A stretch of DNA of 64,000 nt from Lingula anatina (lineage: Eukaryota; Animalia; Brachiopoda), in contig CM120640.1 in NCBI GenBank assembly GCA_051362555.1, positions 13,268,001-13,332,000 on the forward strand. The letters are read 5' to 3'. How positions within the stretch are numbered: the first letter of the stretch is position 1; each line of letters opens with the position of its first letter. Positions 13,117 to 26,762 of this stretch are shown piece after piece. The translations under genes and the position numbers were made by a program. The notes under the pieces are model-generated. The model was not told the origin of the DNA. It saw nothing but the letters and a program-made list of their open reading frames with translations, and searched no databases.

Positions 13117-16100
13117 TATGTATATGTACATGTTAAAGGTGTCCTTTGGTATAATAGTGGTGGAATGTTTAAAGCTTGCAAGCAGTACAAATCTTTTTAA
13201 CATACGTCTAAAGCAGTAATTTGATTCAACCGAAATGCCACTCTCCTCATTCGATATTACATAATTTCACATACATAACAAAAACTGCGCAAAAGATTAC
13301 CTTTAGAGCCTATCTTATCTGTAACCACAAAATGAGAATGTTGATCTTATTTGAACGCATTCAATTTTCTGTGGCGTGATTTCTTCAGTTATGGGGTTAG
13401 CATTTTAACACGAATTAATCTGCTTAGAAGTTAGTTTAAATTCCACAGTCTGATGCACAACTCCGACAGCAAAGTACGAAGTTAAAACGTATTGTATTAG
13501 ATCTCCTTCATGAGACGCAGGAGTTTGTCTTGAAGACATTCGTTCTTCAGTAATGTCAATAAGTTGCCTGGATATCTGCAGTAACTGACACGCGTCTTAC
13601 TAACGGCATTATCTAGGTAAAACGAACCTTCAACCATGATTCAATGTTTTTGTGGGAAAATTATTGTTTACCTTGTCGAATTAGGTTCTTAAAACGCTAT
13701 GCAGACCGCTAGAACGCAAATGACCGTTATTTGTTGACAGTTACTATTAGATTCTCACGCGAGATTCCACTCTGCTCCTGATTACTTTGGAAACTTGGAC
13801 AGCGCATACAGTACTTTGTCATAGACAACATTGTTGCTTTGTTACGAAAACCCTCGACTTTACAATCACCACCCATATGATGCTCACCTACATTCAAATT
13901 TAAATGTCTTCATATTCTGTGAGGAGGAAGAAAATACAATGTGCGCTCTGCATTTTTCTTTTGAGTCTTGATCTTTCACAAACATAATTGCAATATGCAT
14001 ATGACAGTAAGAAGTATAGAAAGTATTAATTCTTGCTTTTGCACATGAAACATCGATAAACATACTGTAAGATTGAAATGTACAGTATGTGTGTGCATAG
14101 GTAGGCCTATGCACGTGCACCTGCGAGTGCTTACCTTTTTAGCGTACCTTATATATATGCTTGTATGACTGTTTGCATTTATGTATGAATGTATGTACGT
14201 GCACCTGTCAGACCAGTGATGAAGAGGCATAACTCCAGCATTACAATTACCTACAGTGCACTGACGAAAGAAACGAGGGCGTTGGATAAAACGTGTGGTG
14301 AATAATATCTCTTGAACACAATGCCATCTCCAGCAGGCTGACAAAACCAATACAGGGTTTTAACACAGCTCACAACATGTTGAAGTTCAACAACAGAACA
14401 TTTCCAAAGTATACTTACTAGACACTTTTCTTGGAAATCACCCTGAGCAATTCTTATCTGTGGCGTCTGTTATGGATGGGTTTTTTAAAGAGTAAAAGCC
14501 CGCGGCATCAATTGCTGATTGAACTGAAAGAAATGCTTTATTATGAGGGCTTTCTGCAGAAAGAGAAAGATTCAAAGTGACTCGCGGTGCATTTAAAATA
14601 AAACGACAACATACTTATCGATACGCTTTAATACCAGATATTAATAAAACCTCATTTGATATTTTGTTTACAATTCAGGGGGAAACGAGGTAAATTTGGC
14701 AAATAATCAATAAACCATACGTCGATTACGAGAACAAGCTACTGATTTTCATTTTTAAATGGGAGACGGACTATTATCTTCTGACTCTGGGAAAAGCTTT
14801 TATGACGCCATCACCCCAACTAAAAACCATTTCTTTATACTTAGCCAAATTAAAGCCGTTTAGATGTCAAATGAAGCCCAATAGTCTCTCCATATCGGCG
14901 CTGAAAAATCAGCCACTCGCAGTTTTCCGCTGTATTTCTCTGACATTTGAATGGATTTCTTGACTAGATGTTTAACAGCGTTGAAAGCGTTTCGAGCAGT
15001 GTATTGGAAGTAGCCTTCCTCATTGATTGAAGCACAATATATATTTTTATACCGCACTGACGGACAGATATAGAATCTATAAGCTGGTGTTAAAGGGACG
15101 CTGGTCTGTATGACATTAAACCTTTGCTGATTACTTCGTTCCTCCTAATCAAATACCTGATAGTAAATGTGCCTACCGCTGGGGTTAGCCCTTCATTTTC
15201 TATGACTCTCTGGTGCCATTTATGCAGTGTCACTGGCATTTGTGTGCAGGGTGGCACACATCCTAATGTCGTTTTAGGTGTTTATTTTCCTCTGTGAGGC
15301 TTTTAATTTATGATGGAGCTTAGCTAAAGGACTGTCCTTTGTGTGCCGAATGAATAAAGGGATATCCAAGATATTCATTTTCAGACGGGTGGAATTATTG
15401 ATAGTGTATGTAACAGGTTTCTTTGGTTCGCGTTATTTAAAGCCATGTCGTTCTTGATTATTCTTTGAGTAACGGTGAAAAGCATGAAGCAAGTCTGTGA
15501 CGATGTAATACAATCCATCTGGATAGGAACTCCCCAAGACTTAATAATTTCTAAGTTTTTGAATAACCTGAAGTTATTGACTGTTATGATATTTATTGAA
15601 TAATCAGAGACAAGTGGAAACGTTTCACATTCAGTGTGTTGTGTCGAAATGCACTTTAAATTTTGTGGGGATGTAGATATTTGATACGCCTGAATAGGGC
15701 TTATGGCCAGAACAATGAACAAAAGCCTTTTTGTAATAATAATATTATAAAATACACATAAAACAGAAACTGTTTTACGATCTCGGATTTAAGGAAGATA
15801 ATTGTTTAATTTGTTTCTATAACTCTCAATCTCTCACTCCCCCAACGTGTTTGCTTCTAGCATGTGAAAGCCGCTTATAGCCTGTCATTTGTGATATTTA
15901 GTTTATCACATGGATAGCTAACAAAATAAACAACAAAATAAGGCAATGTCGATAAAAGTGGTTTACAATCACCATACTCAATTTTCAGTTTTTTTAAGTT
16001 TGTAGTGAGGCAGATGCTTATTTGACATTGTGTACTGCTTGCTATCTAGTTTACAAGGTGAAAAGCGACAAGTTGAAATCTAATTTTAACAATTCTCCTC

Positions 16101-19100
16101 ACATTTAGGACATCATTTTTTAAGCAGCTGTAGCATTGTCTTTTAGTATTTAAGAATCAACGCAACAATAGTATCAGTATTCAGAAGTTTTCAAGTTAGC
16201 GATGTTTTATACTTTGACAGTGGTATGGCTGTCACGCAAAGAGATTAAGTTCTCACGACAGCAATATCCATAAACAGCGTTTATACCTTGGCAACCGCTA
16301 TGGCTGAAGCTGGAGCTGTTCTGAGTTGCTCTATGGTATGTGTGATTTCAAGCGATCTGATTGGTGCGTATGATGACAACAGGTGATAGCGGACCGTAGT
16401 GTATGTCTACATAAATGCTACGCCGAGTGGTTGGCAGCTTGTTGCCGAAAAAGGTTTTCGAATGTTTGGGGGAAAAACGAACTAGTTGAAGCCGTGCACT
16501 TTGGGGATACCTATGTAAGTTGTGACTGTGGTCTTTTGATTTTTTTATTAGTTTAGTTGACATTCAAGTTTGACGTTTTTTCCGACTTACAAAAGTAATG
16601 TGGCACTCTCATTCTGCTTTATTAGTTAATGCAATCAGCAACTTAGGCTTTCTCAAAGAAAATATATTTTATCAGAACAATGTTTTGGTTTTGTTAGGAT
16701 ATTAACATATAGTGGTCACGATAGATGACTGTATGGATTAAAATTAGTATTGTATTTTACCGGCGGTTATCTTTGCAGTAAAAATGTCTTAAGTACAAAA
16801 TCGTTCAGAAGTACATCGGTTTGTTTTTAGAAAATACGCATAGTAAGAGTCAAGCAGAGCGAGGTTAAATGAAATAAAAGCCTTTCGTGCCACAATGAAA
16901 CGCCTAAGAAAAACATGAAGCAAAGGGTTTAGGAGACAATTACTCATTTTTCCACATAGTGCTAGTTATCTCATCGAGCTCATATCATATTGAATTACGA
17001 AGAGTAGCTTATCAGAAATTTCTATAACCGCTCCAGTAAATATGAAGAATGCACTGGAGAATTTACGTTAGAATGCCAGTACGTCCAAGTAGGGCCTACT
17101 CTGACAAATGAAGGGTCACACAACAGATTAATGCCCTTCCAGTTGCTGGATCGTCTCTGTACATGGTTAAATTCATAACAATACTTTCCAATGTTCAGGT
17201 AAATATTAAGACTATTTTTTAAGGATGCATTGGAAGTCATTTGTGGCAAAGAATGGCCAAATACCACCATATAGTTTCAAGTAGTGTTACTTACAGATAT
17301 ACCAAAGGATATCATTTCATATTACCCAAAATATAATATTTGATAGGGATCTGTGCTGTTTTTAAACCGTGACAGCAAAGTAGGTCAATTTACGACCAAA
17401 AATTTGAAAAAAGGTGCAGTTTTAAAGCTTTTTTTGTGGCTTGTCGAGTGATAAACTCGGTTTATCCCTTGGCATGTCGACTTTATTTGAGTTGTATAAG
17501 AAACTAGCAGTCATTATCTATATGTGTTACTGGGAATACACGCTCGGTTCAAATGTATCTTTAAAATCACGAGATATCAACCTCGTAGAAACATATATTC
17601 TATTATATTATATTTTAATCCTGTCCCTTCTGGGTGATATAAAAATACAGAAAGAGCCAAATAGATTGTTATTTTAGATATAACTAAGTAGAAACCCGTG
17701 TATATCAATATTGTGCCAAGTTTTCCATTCATTTTACTAGCATTTCTTTGAATTTTAGAAGATGATTTATTATGCTTCATTAATTATCGAAAAGATCACT
17801 GAAAGGAGATGACGGTAGTTTATAATAATGGTACGGTCTTGACTTTGTTACAAAGGATCTTTGATCAAAGCATGTAGGAAGCAAATAGTAAAGAGTTGGG
17901 CGATTGTTGAACCGTTTATAAAAATAGCGACTAAAGGGTGGTAGGCAAATTGCTTATTCAAGTATACATCTTAATTAAAGAAGTGACCAGAGTCGCTTAT
18001 TCTCCCTTGCTTGCTGGGCGTAGGATTGCTCTCCCCCCTACACTCCGGCTACTACGCCGATGGTCTATGACACAGATGAAACGAATAATGCTCCTCAATA
18101 TCTGATAATGTTCCATCTGTGACTGACTGCGCAATTAATACACGCATTTTCTTTCCAAAGATATTCTGCTGATTCCCGTTTTAAAGGTGAAGTATTTTAC
18201 AGTCGGTGTCTTTTCTACCGGATTTGTCATTCAATGTGGTCTAAGCTTTTAAAGAAAATTCGCTCGGCTGCAATCATGAAGATGAACACATCGATAAACA
18301 GATCGCAGTTTGCCTAACATATACTGTTTGAATACAGATATCTCTAGAGAACGTAACTGAAAAATTTGGTTTAACGCATCATGCGGTTGTACACAAAGGG
18401 TTTTATGCCAATATTACAGGCCATGCACATTAGTACTTGCTAGTAGACAGGTCATGTTGGGATCTGTGATTGAAATATTGGCGGCAACAGGAGATGTAGG
18501 GTTTCTTTCTTTCATTTTACTTAACTCAGTAACATTGTACACAATCAAATATACGGTTTATTAACCGGTGAGCGACTTTAAGGTTTTCTTTCCAAATGAA
18601 TGTTATAGTTCAAAAACGCTATTCTACGTGACAAGATCCATGCTTTTTCTGCTGGTTTTTAAGAAAGTATTTCCTTATCTTTTGTTTCAAATGCAGATAT
18701 CTTGTTACAATACCGGTCCAAATATTGCGACGCATGAGTCCTACTTAGAACTCATTGCCGTCAATACCAGTACATAAATATGGCCAGTAAATTTTTAGGA
18801 CGAAGGGAAACATCTAGAAATAGATATAGTCTTGCAGTTTTACAGTTATATAACATTTCTGATTAAAGTCTACTCTGCTTCCTGTAAAGGCTTAAGATTA
18901 AGTTGATTAAAATGTTGTTTTTTCTTGTCAGAAAAGTCCACGCTTCAATTATTGACGCTGTTATTTTGTTGCCACGACCGTATTGCAGTGCATAATTTGT
19001 ATTTAAAATTGGCATGATATAGAACGTGTTTCTTGCTCTAAAGTATTTGGAAAGCACTTTATCGAAACTGATGAAATTATAGAGGGATGGAAACCACAAC

Positions 19101-21078
19101 AAAGATCTTGTTACATTTTTTCAATTTTGAGATAATGAATTGCAAATTTATCTTTCTTTAGGATGGATCGTCGACACGAAATTGATACTTTCCTCTAGTA
19201 GGCTTCGTCGTCATCATCATTTCTTTCTCATTTTGGCTTTTGTATGTTCTCCTTTTAGAACTTTTTGCGGGGAGACAAATCTTGTCAAGAAATGGCAGAC
19301 GATTTAGACTAGATTTCCCGCTGTAATCAGAAGACGTTAGAGCGGAAGGTCGTTGTCCATCTGCTTTGTTATAGGGCTTCAGTTCACAGATACTTGGCCA
19401 TTAACTTGCTTCATAAAATATGTCAGGACAAAGAACGGCAGACTGCTATGTACATGATCAAAGGTGGTTGGTAAAGATGCGCTTAATTGCGTGCTTAATT
19501 ACACGAGGTTCAATAAACTTGTAATCATTGACCGTGTGAGCGTGGTGACATTGCGAAAACCTATTGACGTGTACCTGGGTGTTTATGAAGAACATGCAAT
19601 TTATCATCACCTAATTGATGGTATATTGACAAAACTAAAAATAAAAATTCAAAGCACCTGTTCTTGGGAATCGATGTGTTCAGGGAAAATGACTCCGTGA
19701 TACGAGTGTTTATGATTATTATATACATATAAACACCGTTAGAACTCAAACTAATTTTCCGCTCACACCTACCTCAATAATAACCGCCAACCAATTTGTT
19801 ATTGCTACAGTAATGATCCCCGCTGTCTTGAACCAATCATGAAGAAGCATAAGATTTTTATTAGCTTTTCAGTAGTGTATACATGTAGCACAAAAAATTT
19901 GAAGACTCAAATCTGGAGACATCTGCATTCAAGAATGAGACGACACTAAAGGAATCTCCAGATGTACATCTGATTTAGTTTAAACTGACTTGGTAACACC
20001 ATTGGCCTATATCATTTGTAAAACTGCCTCGATGAAGTAATTCATAACCACCCAATGCTTAAATCCATGATAGTTAGGTTGCATCTGTCATCTATAAAAA
20101 ATTCGGACATAGTGCACTTTTTGAGAAGTGCACGGCCGATGTTTTACTATTTTTCAACAACTAACAGCGTGGCTGTGTCAATCTAACCCTTCAGAGCCGA
20201 CATTTAAGATTAATTTGATCAAACGCGTTCTTGTGAAAATCATGTTTCGCGTGAAACTTCATTAACGCAAACATCGATACCCTCGCTGGTTATGATATTT
20301 TGTTCTCTATGTTCGTCCACTCAGATTACCAGCGTTAAGCGAGATAATTATAAAAATTCGATGGCAATAACAACCTGTATTTTAATGATCAAATGGATAG
20401 CTTTTAACGCGTCAGCGTCATTTAAGGCAGGTTTCTTGGAATGAGCCACGGATTGAACAGAATCCAGAATTACAGCCCACTGCTCATTAAGACCTTGTGT
20501 AAGACTTTCCTGCTAAGGAAGCAGAAGTTTACCTTAATTAAAACATGTTTCCAAAGCAACGGTTGTTGTTTAGCAGGCAGGATTTATCTTGCCGTCATTG
20601 CCATTTTTTTCGTATCACGAACCAAGAGGTCCATTTAATTGTAGGTTTGTCGCTCAAATTGACGCTAATTGAAGTTTATAGGTAAATTCCTTCCCTTACC
20701 TTGTCTCTAGAGTCTCAGCCTTGCTCTCTTTTGTAACAGTAATTTATTTTAAAAGGCATTGATTTTCTTGGTAACAGTGAATATAAAAATATGGCTTGAA
20801 GATGCTGCTTTTATGTTCCTTTTCACCTTACGCTACATGAAAAACATGTTACTAGCACCTATTTAGACCTGCTGGAATTAGTTTTTTTGAAAAAAGATTG
20901 GCTTAAGAAACATTCAAACAGACAATATTTATAGTTCTGGAAACGAACCGACTCTAATGGTATAAACTTCTCGTAGCGGATGGTCATCGATTTGGCTCCA
21001 ATCAGGGTCATACAAAAGATCGTTTGAAAAAAAAAGAAAAAAAGATACGGCTCGCCTTGAAAATGAAACCAGAACCGC

Positions 21079-21081
<3 letters not shown>

Positions 21082-21167
<86 letters not shown>

Positions 21168-21168
21168 G
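21082..21168. repeat. Compound (CT)n(CA)n microsatellite
   Basis: Directly visible. Confidence 0.95.
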
Positions 21169-22233
21169 AGATGAATGAATACAATTTTTTAACCTAGGTA
21201 ATCTAAAGGCAGATCACTCACGTGGTGCCTAATGTTGATAAATACGAAATATGCCTGAAGAATACCCTGTTGTTTGCTCATAATTGTTTTTTTTTTACAC
21301 AACGAAACCAGAATAAAGAGCAAACGCACTGGGTCGATTATTGCCAATAACTACATGTACCGTATTTAGAAATACCAGTCGAGAATCGGGAAGCTACTGA
21401 GGCGATGCAATGGCTTGTAAAGAACATGACTGTAATTGAAAATAGACAGGAAAATGAAACTACGCAGACAGAGTAATTAGGATGAAAACACAGAGGATAC
21501 TGCATGTAGTAATTTACGGGAGACGTGCAACAATGGACATAAATTCCGACGCCTTAGCGTCGAAAAGTCAATCTTCAATTAACTATCATTTAGACATGCT
21601 TAATTGAATGCTGTCACAGATTTGCTCTCGGACAGAAAGATAAACACGTGCATAATTCTGCTCTTAAAGATGAAGAAAATCGATTTAATGTCATTTATGT
21701 AGAACGTTAACTGCGTTGCGTTGATATCCAACACAGTAGCGTCACTTGTAATGTCCGCATTGGGCTAAAGCATAGTCACTCTCAGTTGAGGCATATCGCG
21801 AAAAAGCCAGTTTTATGTCAAAATATACGAAAAAAGGGTCATACACGCTGTACGGTATGACGTGTGTGAGATCGTCAGCTGTATTTCGGTTGTCAACTGC
21901 TCCAACATGCAGCACCTTGACGATGACACGCTTTGAAAGATTTTTTTGCTGTAGCGTCGAGCGGTTTCTCGACCTCCCGAGCTTTACGATTCTAAGTCAA
22001 GATGAAACTCCCGTTAAATTTTTAACCCCGTAGGCCGTAGCAATATCATAGATGACATTGCAAATTTCCAGTACGGGTACTGCAACCGATAACGTATCAA
22101 TCATCAAGGAAATCAAGGAGGGTGAACAGCAACTGCACTGAGTTTGAAGGGGTGCCATATGCTCATCTTTCGACCGATTAACCGAGTTTTCTCGACCTGA
22201 CTTGAAAGTCATGATGGAGAACAAAACGCCGTA

Positions 22234-22453
22234 CAGGGGCGGATCCAGGATAATTTGAATGGCGGGGTCCCCCCCCCCCCCCCCCCCGAAGGGCCTGGAA
22301 AATTTTTGGTATTTTAGAGGGCGAACGGTGCCATTTGGTGCAGTTTAGAACTAGGATTCTGCTAGTCTCAATTCTAATTTCAAGAGGGGGCCAGAAATCG
22401 AAGGAGGGGGGATGTCAGGACCCCCCCCTGTCCTCCCTCTAAATCCGCCACTG
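22234..22453. mobile_element. GC-rich MITE (CAGGGGCGGATC-type termini) with 5-bp TSD CCGTA
   Basis: caggggcggatccag ... ctaaatccgccactg. ccgta directly flanks both ends (22229-22233, 22454-22458). Internal G/C runs. Confidence 0.8.
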
Positions 22454-24873
22454 CCGTAGCCCGTCGATATTTACAATGTAGAAAATCGCACGGAAAATTA
22501 TATACGATTTTGTTGTGCTGCCCCGGGTTCATTTCCCCCAACTACTTGAATTTGTCTTATACCAAACGTCCATGACATTATTTTTGGCTTCTTATTTGAC
22601 CTAACGTCATGGACAACAGTATCATTTTATTAACATCAAATTTCACAAAAATGCCTACAATACAATTCCATGGTACAGCGGTTTTATACTTATTAGTCAC
22701 ATTATAAGTAGACCAGGCATTATAACTACTCAAGATCTACCTACTTTGATTACTCTGATTCAGGGGGTGACACTTCTATTGTCCATTGTGTGTACTCCTG
22801 CAGATCAAAATAGTAGTGGCGGAGAATATGTGATGGGTTGCTAAAACAACTGCATAATTTTCGAAGGAGACCTGATATACATGTATGATATTGTGGAACC
22901 TACAGAAATAGCTTGGAACATTGTTTATTTCCTATAAGAACCCACGGGGGATCTTTACATGAACTTTCTGGAGTCCAAAGGAAATTAACTATAGGAAATA
23001 TCATTAGAAATCTGTAGGGAGAAGCAATAATAAGAAAATTTATAAAAAGCATAGCCGTCGAATTACTGGAACGAAATGCTCCATGAAGACGATTTTGTTT
23101 ATACCTGCATACTTTTCCTGTAATGCCAGTGCTACGTAAACGCGGTGATCAAACTTTTTTTATATCGGTCATCCGCACTGATATCCATTAATATTGTAAA
23201 CGTTGGAGACATCTGTATGCGATCTCGAAATTAGATGTTTTACGTACAACTGCTGTAATAACATGACAGTATTTTATGCATGACATTTTTAAGTCATATA
23301 TTGGTCATTGATAAAGATCCTTACTGAGGATAAAAAAATTAGAATCCTATTACTGCAACATTCATTGTTAGGAAAACAATGCAGAATCTGTAGAAGCATT
23401 ATATACAGTAATGGTTTTTATCACCTTGGAGAATTTCAATTTTCTTCCATTTCGTCGTCAAATCTTTACACTCGTTACCAGGAAAAGATTCTTATCAAAA
23501 CAAATGACGTTTTATCCACTTTGTATATTCAAAACACTGTTCATTTCTGACTAAAGAGCCGATAACCATTCTTACAGATTTTTAGATAGCCATGCTATCA
23601 TGCTTAGATAGCCGTTTAAAGATTTGCCAGATGCCAGGAGCAACCCAAAAGAAACCCCTATGGTTTACCTTGATGTATAATCTACTTATAATTCGTGTAG
23701 CAAAACTATTTTTGCTTTGGCTTTTAAATCCTCTAAGTGCTATGAGACCTTTTTTCCCCGTTGCGTATAAAAGTGCCGATGTTGTTTTTGAGAGGGCCCC
23801 TGAATGGTGTTTGGAATAGTTAAATGGGATTTCCCGCCAAAATGAATTGTTAGAGATTCTCTCCACTCGTTTCAAATCCACCCACAGTCACATGTATGTT
23901 CTATAAAGTTTTTTATGTTTCAGACTGTAAAGAAAATAAAGACCAATAAAGCTCTTTGAATTAAAGTTAATATGAAGCGTACAGTGTGCCGTTATTATTT
24001 TTTTAGTCTCACCAAGAGCCATTGCCAGCTTTCATCGTTTTGTAACACAAAACAAACCACCTGTGTGAAAACGAGGCAATCCGTGTGACGGCAAATGCCG
24101 TTTATAATAATTAGCCAGGCAATTATTCTAAAAGTATTCAAATCTAAGTGCAAGGCTAAGAACGGGTCAAGCAATTAATCGTGAGTAGGAGGAAAATATC
24201 TTTACTCCAGGAAAATCCCGTGGAGTTTTCATTTAAATATCAAGTATTTATGAACATAAAACGTAAGTACATTATTCATCAGAAACGCGATTTTAGCTTC
24301 GTTTTTTCCTCAACTGTCTTGGTTTCCCACCTCATCTTACGCACTTAGAAGTTTTTTTTCGCAGCGACCGCCATATTCACGTGGCACGTCTACGACCTCA
24401 AAGTCACCTATCACCCTTTCAGCTATAAGACTGTATATTATCGCAAATTTTAAATGCAACTCTTATATAAGGGACGGAGATCCGGGGGAAACCAGGCAGT
24501 TTTTTAAAGAATATCTCTTATGCCTCCAGCAGTCATATATTTCTTGGTAAAACGCATTTCTTGCCAGGTCTCCAAAAGGCACCTCAAGTAGCTACATGTA
24601 TCTAATTGATATCAGCTACCTGGATAAGATTATTACAAGTATCAGTGCGTTATAACCCATGGCACCGACGACACATTAGTCTGCCTAACAGGGAGATTGT
24701 GTAACGTATTGCAGGTGACAAAGCTTTGATATCATGTATACGGTCGGGGTTGCCTTTCTAGTCGACCATGCTCAAGAATTTTTCCGGAAATGATAATAAG
24801 AAACATGAATGATGGCGACATCAAAGAGTAACGCTGCCCAGGTCACGCTCGGCAGTCGCCTTGATCGGTTAAA

Positions 24874-24950
24874 ACACACACACCCACACCAACCCACCCA
24901 ACCACACACACACATGCACACACACGCACACACACACACACACACACACA
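24874..24950. repeat. Imperfect (CA)n microsatellite
   Basis: Directly visible. Confidence 0.9.
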
Positions 24951-25544
24951 ATTTGATACATTTTCTGAAGTTTGTAAAGTCCATTCACCATCAAGCAAAC
25001 AGAAAGACGATGTTCTCCAAGTGTGTTGTTGTTTGGCGTTTGTTCTTTTGCTTTTGACATATTTTACCTTTGTGCATTTTAAAAGCTAATAATATGCTTA
25101 TTTATACTGACTGAACCCATGTTAAGTGTTGACATAGGTTTACAACGTATCGTTATTGTTTAACTAGATTGCTGGACGATGTGGAAATTAGGTATTTTTG
25201 TGTCTCCAGTAATTTGTTCAGAACTGTTTATATATTCCCGCCATTGGTAGACTGAATTCTTTCTGTCATCGGTGACATGGGTTATTTTTTCTATGGTTAT
25301 GATGTACTATGCAGCTGATTAGGATGTTATATTGCAGCTGTGAATATGAACTGCAAAATGTTATTCATTGGTCTGGTTCAGGTTTATTAACAAAAACGTG
25401 AACCCCAGATTCTCTTCAATGATTTACTGGGTTTTAAGTTGAAACAAAAACTATTCTTTTATATCTTTGATATCTTTGCGTTTGTCACATGTTTCTCATT
25501 AAGATTTGTTCAATTATACATTTTTTGCATTCAGACAGTAACGC

Positions 25545-26762
25545 ATGATGGGCCTTGAAGAGCTTGATGGCGGTGACAGATACTTAGTGCTACACTGGCT
25601 TAATGAACGTGACATCCCCAACAACTCCGACATTGACTGGACAACACCGCATATCAAAAAGTCAATGCAGGATGTCTACCCGGTATTCCTGTTTCTGTTC
25701 GTACTGGTGGGACTGTCCGGGCTACTGGGAAACCTGACTATCATTGCTGTTGTCATCAAACGGGGGATGTACAAAGACCCTCTTTTCTTTCTATTAGGCA
25801 ATGCCGCACTTTCAGATATTCTTAAATGCCTTTTTGTTTTGCCGATATCAGTTTCGAATCTGACTCTCCAGGACTGGATATTTGGCAGCTTTTTGTGCTA
25901 TTTTTTACCCATGATGCAGAGTTATCCCAATCACGCCTCAATGCTCACATATGTCGTCATCGCCATTGACCGTTACAGGAAGGTTGTGTATCCAATGAAA
26001 TCACGGGTACCCGCGGGCCTGTGCATCATTGCCATTTGGGTTGTGTCACTTTGCTTGGTCCTACCCTATGCCGTATATGTGAAGTACCTTGATATTGGCT
26101 ACTACCTACCGTTATTAAAAGGAGCGGCTATTTGCGGCCTGAACCACGAAACTCGCACTGAGGACTTCGTACGGGCTATTTTTGTCACACTCTACATTTT
26201 GCCTTTGGCTTTCATCAGTTTTCTGTTCGTTAAGGTTTCAGCTGACCTAAAATCGCAAGAAACGCCGAACAGCTTCGAGAACTCGTGCCGCGAACCAGTG
26301 ATAACTTGGTCTCGAAACCATGGCATAGAAGCAGAAGGTAATAGCGGAGATTCCAATAATTATTCTGTTTTTGCAGAAGAGACGGATGATTTGGACGTCC
26401 GTCAAGAGAAGCAGACCCAAAAGTACCTTATCTGCATGGTGGTGACATTTGGGCTGTGTTGGTGGCCAGTGCAGATTCTTGACTTGGTAACCAACCTTGT
26501 ACTTGAAACCGAAGAAAATACGAGCCATTTTGACGTCACTTACACTACATTCGTCCTTTTTGGGTTCCTCTCAACGTGCTCAAATCCGATTTTGTTTGCA
26601 TCTTGGCAAATGTCTCACTCTACGAAAGACAGACTGAAAGGATACTTTCACTTCAGCGGCAGCAGAAGAAGACATGAAAGGCGGCAGAGTGAGTCCTCCA
26701 AGCTGACTCAAGGGTCGTACACTATAGACAGCGAGATCAGCAGAATATCTAACCAAGATTGA
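25545..26762 (+). CDS. Class A (rhodopsin-like) GPCR, neuropeptide-receptor-like (NPY/PrRP/orexin-like group), 405 aa, intronless CDS
   Basis: Seven hydrophobic segments. TM1 GN, TM2 NAALSD, ECL1 WIFGSFLC, TM3 IAIDRY, TM5 LYILP, TM6 FGLCWWP, TM7 SNPILF. A polypyrimidine tract and CAGACAG acceptor end at 25534/25538, just before the ATG, implying an upstream 5' UTR exon. The ligand family cannot be assigned from motifs alone. Confidence 0.95.
   Translation: MMGLEELDGGDRYLVLHWLNERDIPNNSDIDWTTPHIKKSMQDVYPVFLFLFVLVGLSGLLGNLTIIAVVIKRGMYKDPLFFLLGNAALSDILKCLFVLPISVSNLTLQDWIFGSFLCYFLPMMQSYPNHASMLTYVVIAIDRYRKVVYPMKSRVPAGLCIIAIWVVSLCLVLPYAVYVKYLDIGYYLPLLKGAAICGLNHETRTEDFVRAIFVTLYILPLAFISFLFVKVSADLKSQETPNSFENSCREPVITWSRNHGIEAEGNSGDSNNYSVFAEETDDLDVRQEKQTQKYLICMVVTFGLCWWPVQILDLVTNLVLETEENTSHFDVTYTTFVLFGFLSTCSNPILFASWQMSHSTKDRLKGYFHFSGSRRRHERRQSESSKLTQGSYTIDSEISRISNQD

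Noticed and set aside
17022-17270. Possible CR1/L2 LINE C-terminal relic (HSLP...ASLKNSLNIYL)
   Set aside because: The motif match is too degenerate to support.
20929-21165. ORF with ERERER/CVCV repeats (similar ORFs at 24772-25060 and 45491-45760)
   Set aside because: Translations of microsatellites.
23582-23881. Overlapping ORFs; NSFWREI is reminiscent of L1/Tx1 ORF2
   Set aside because: A single short motif with no other domain support.
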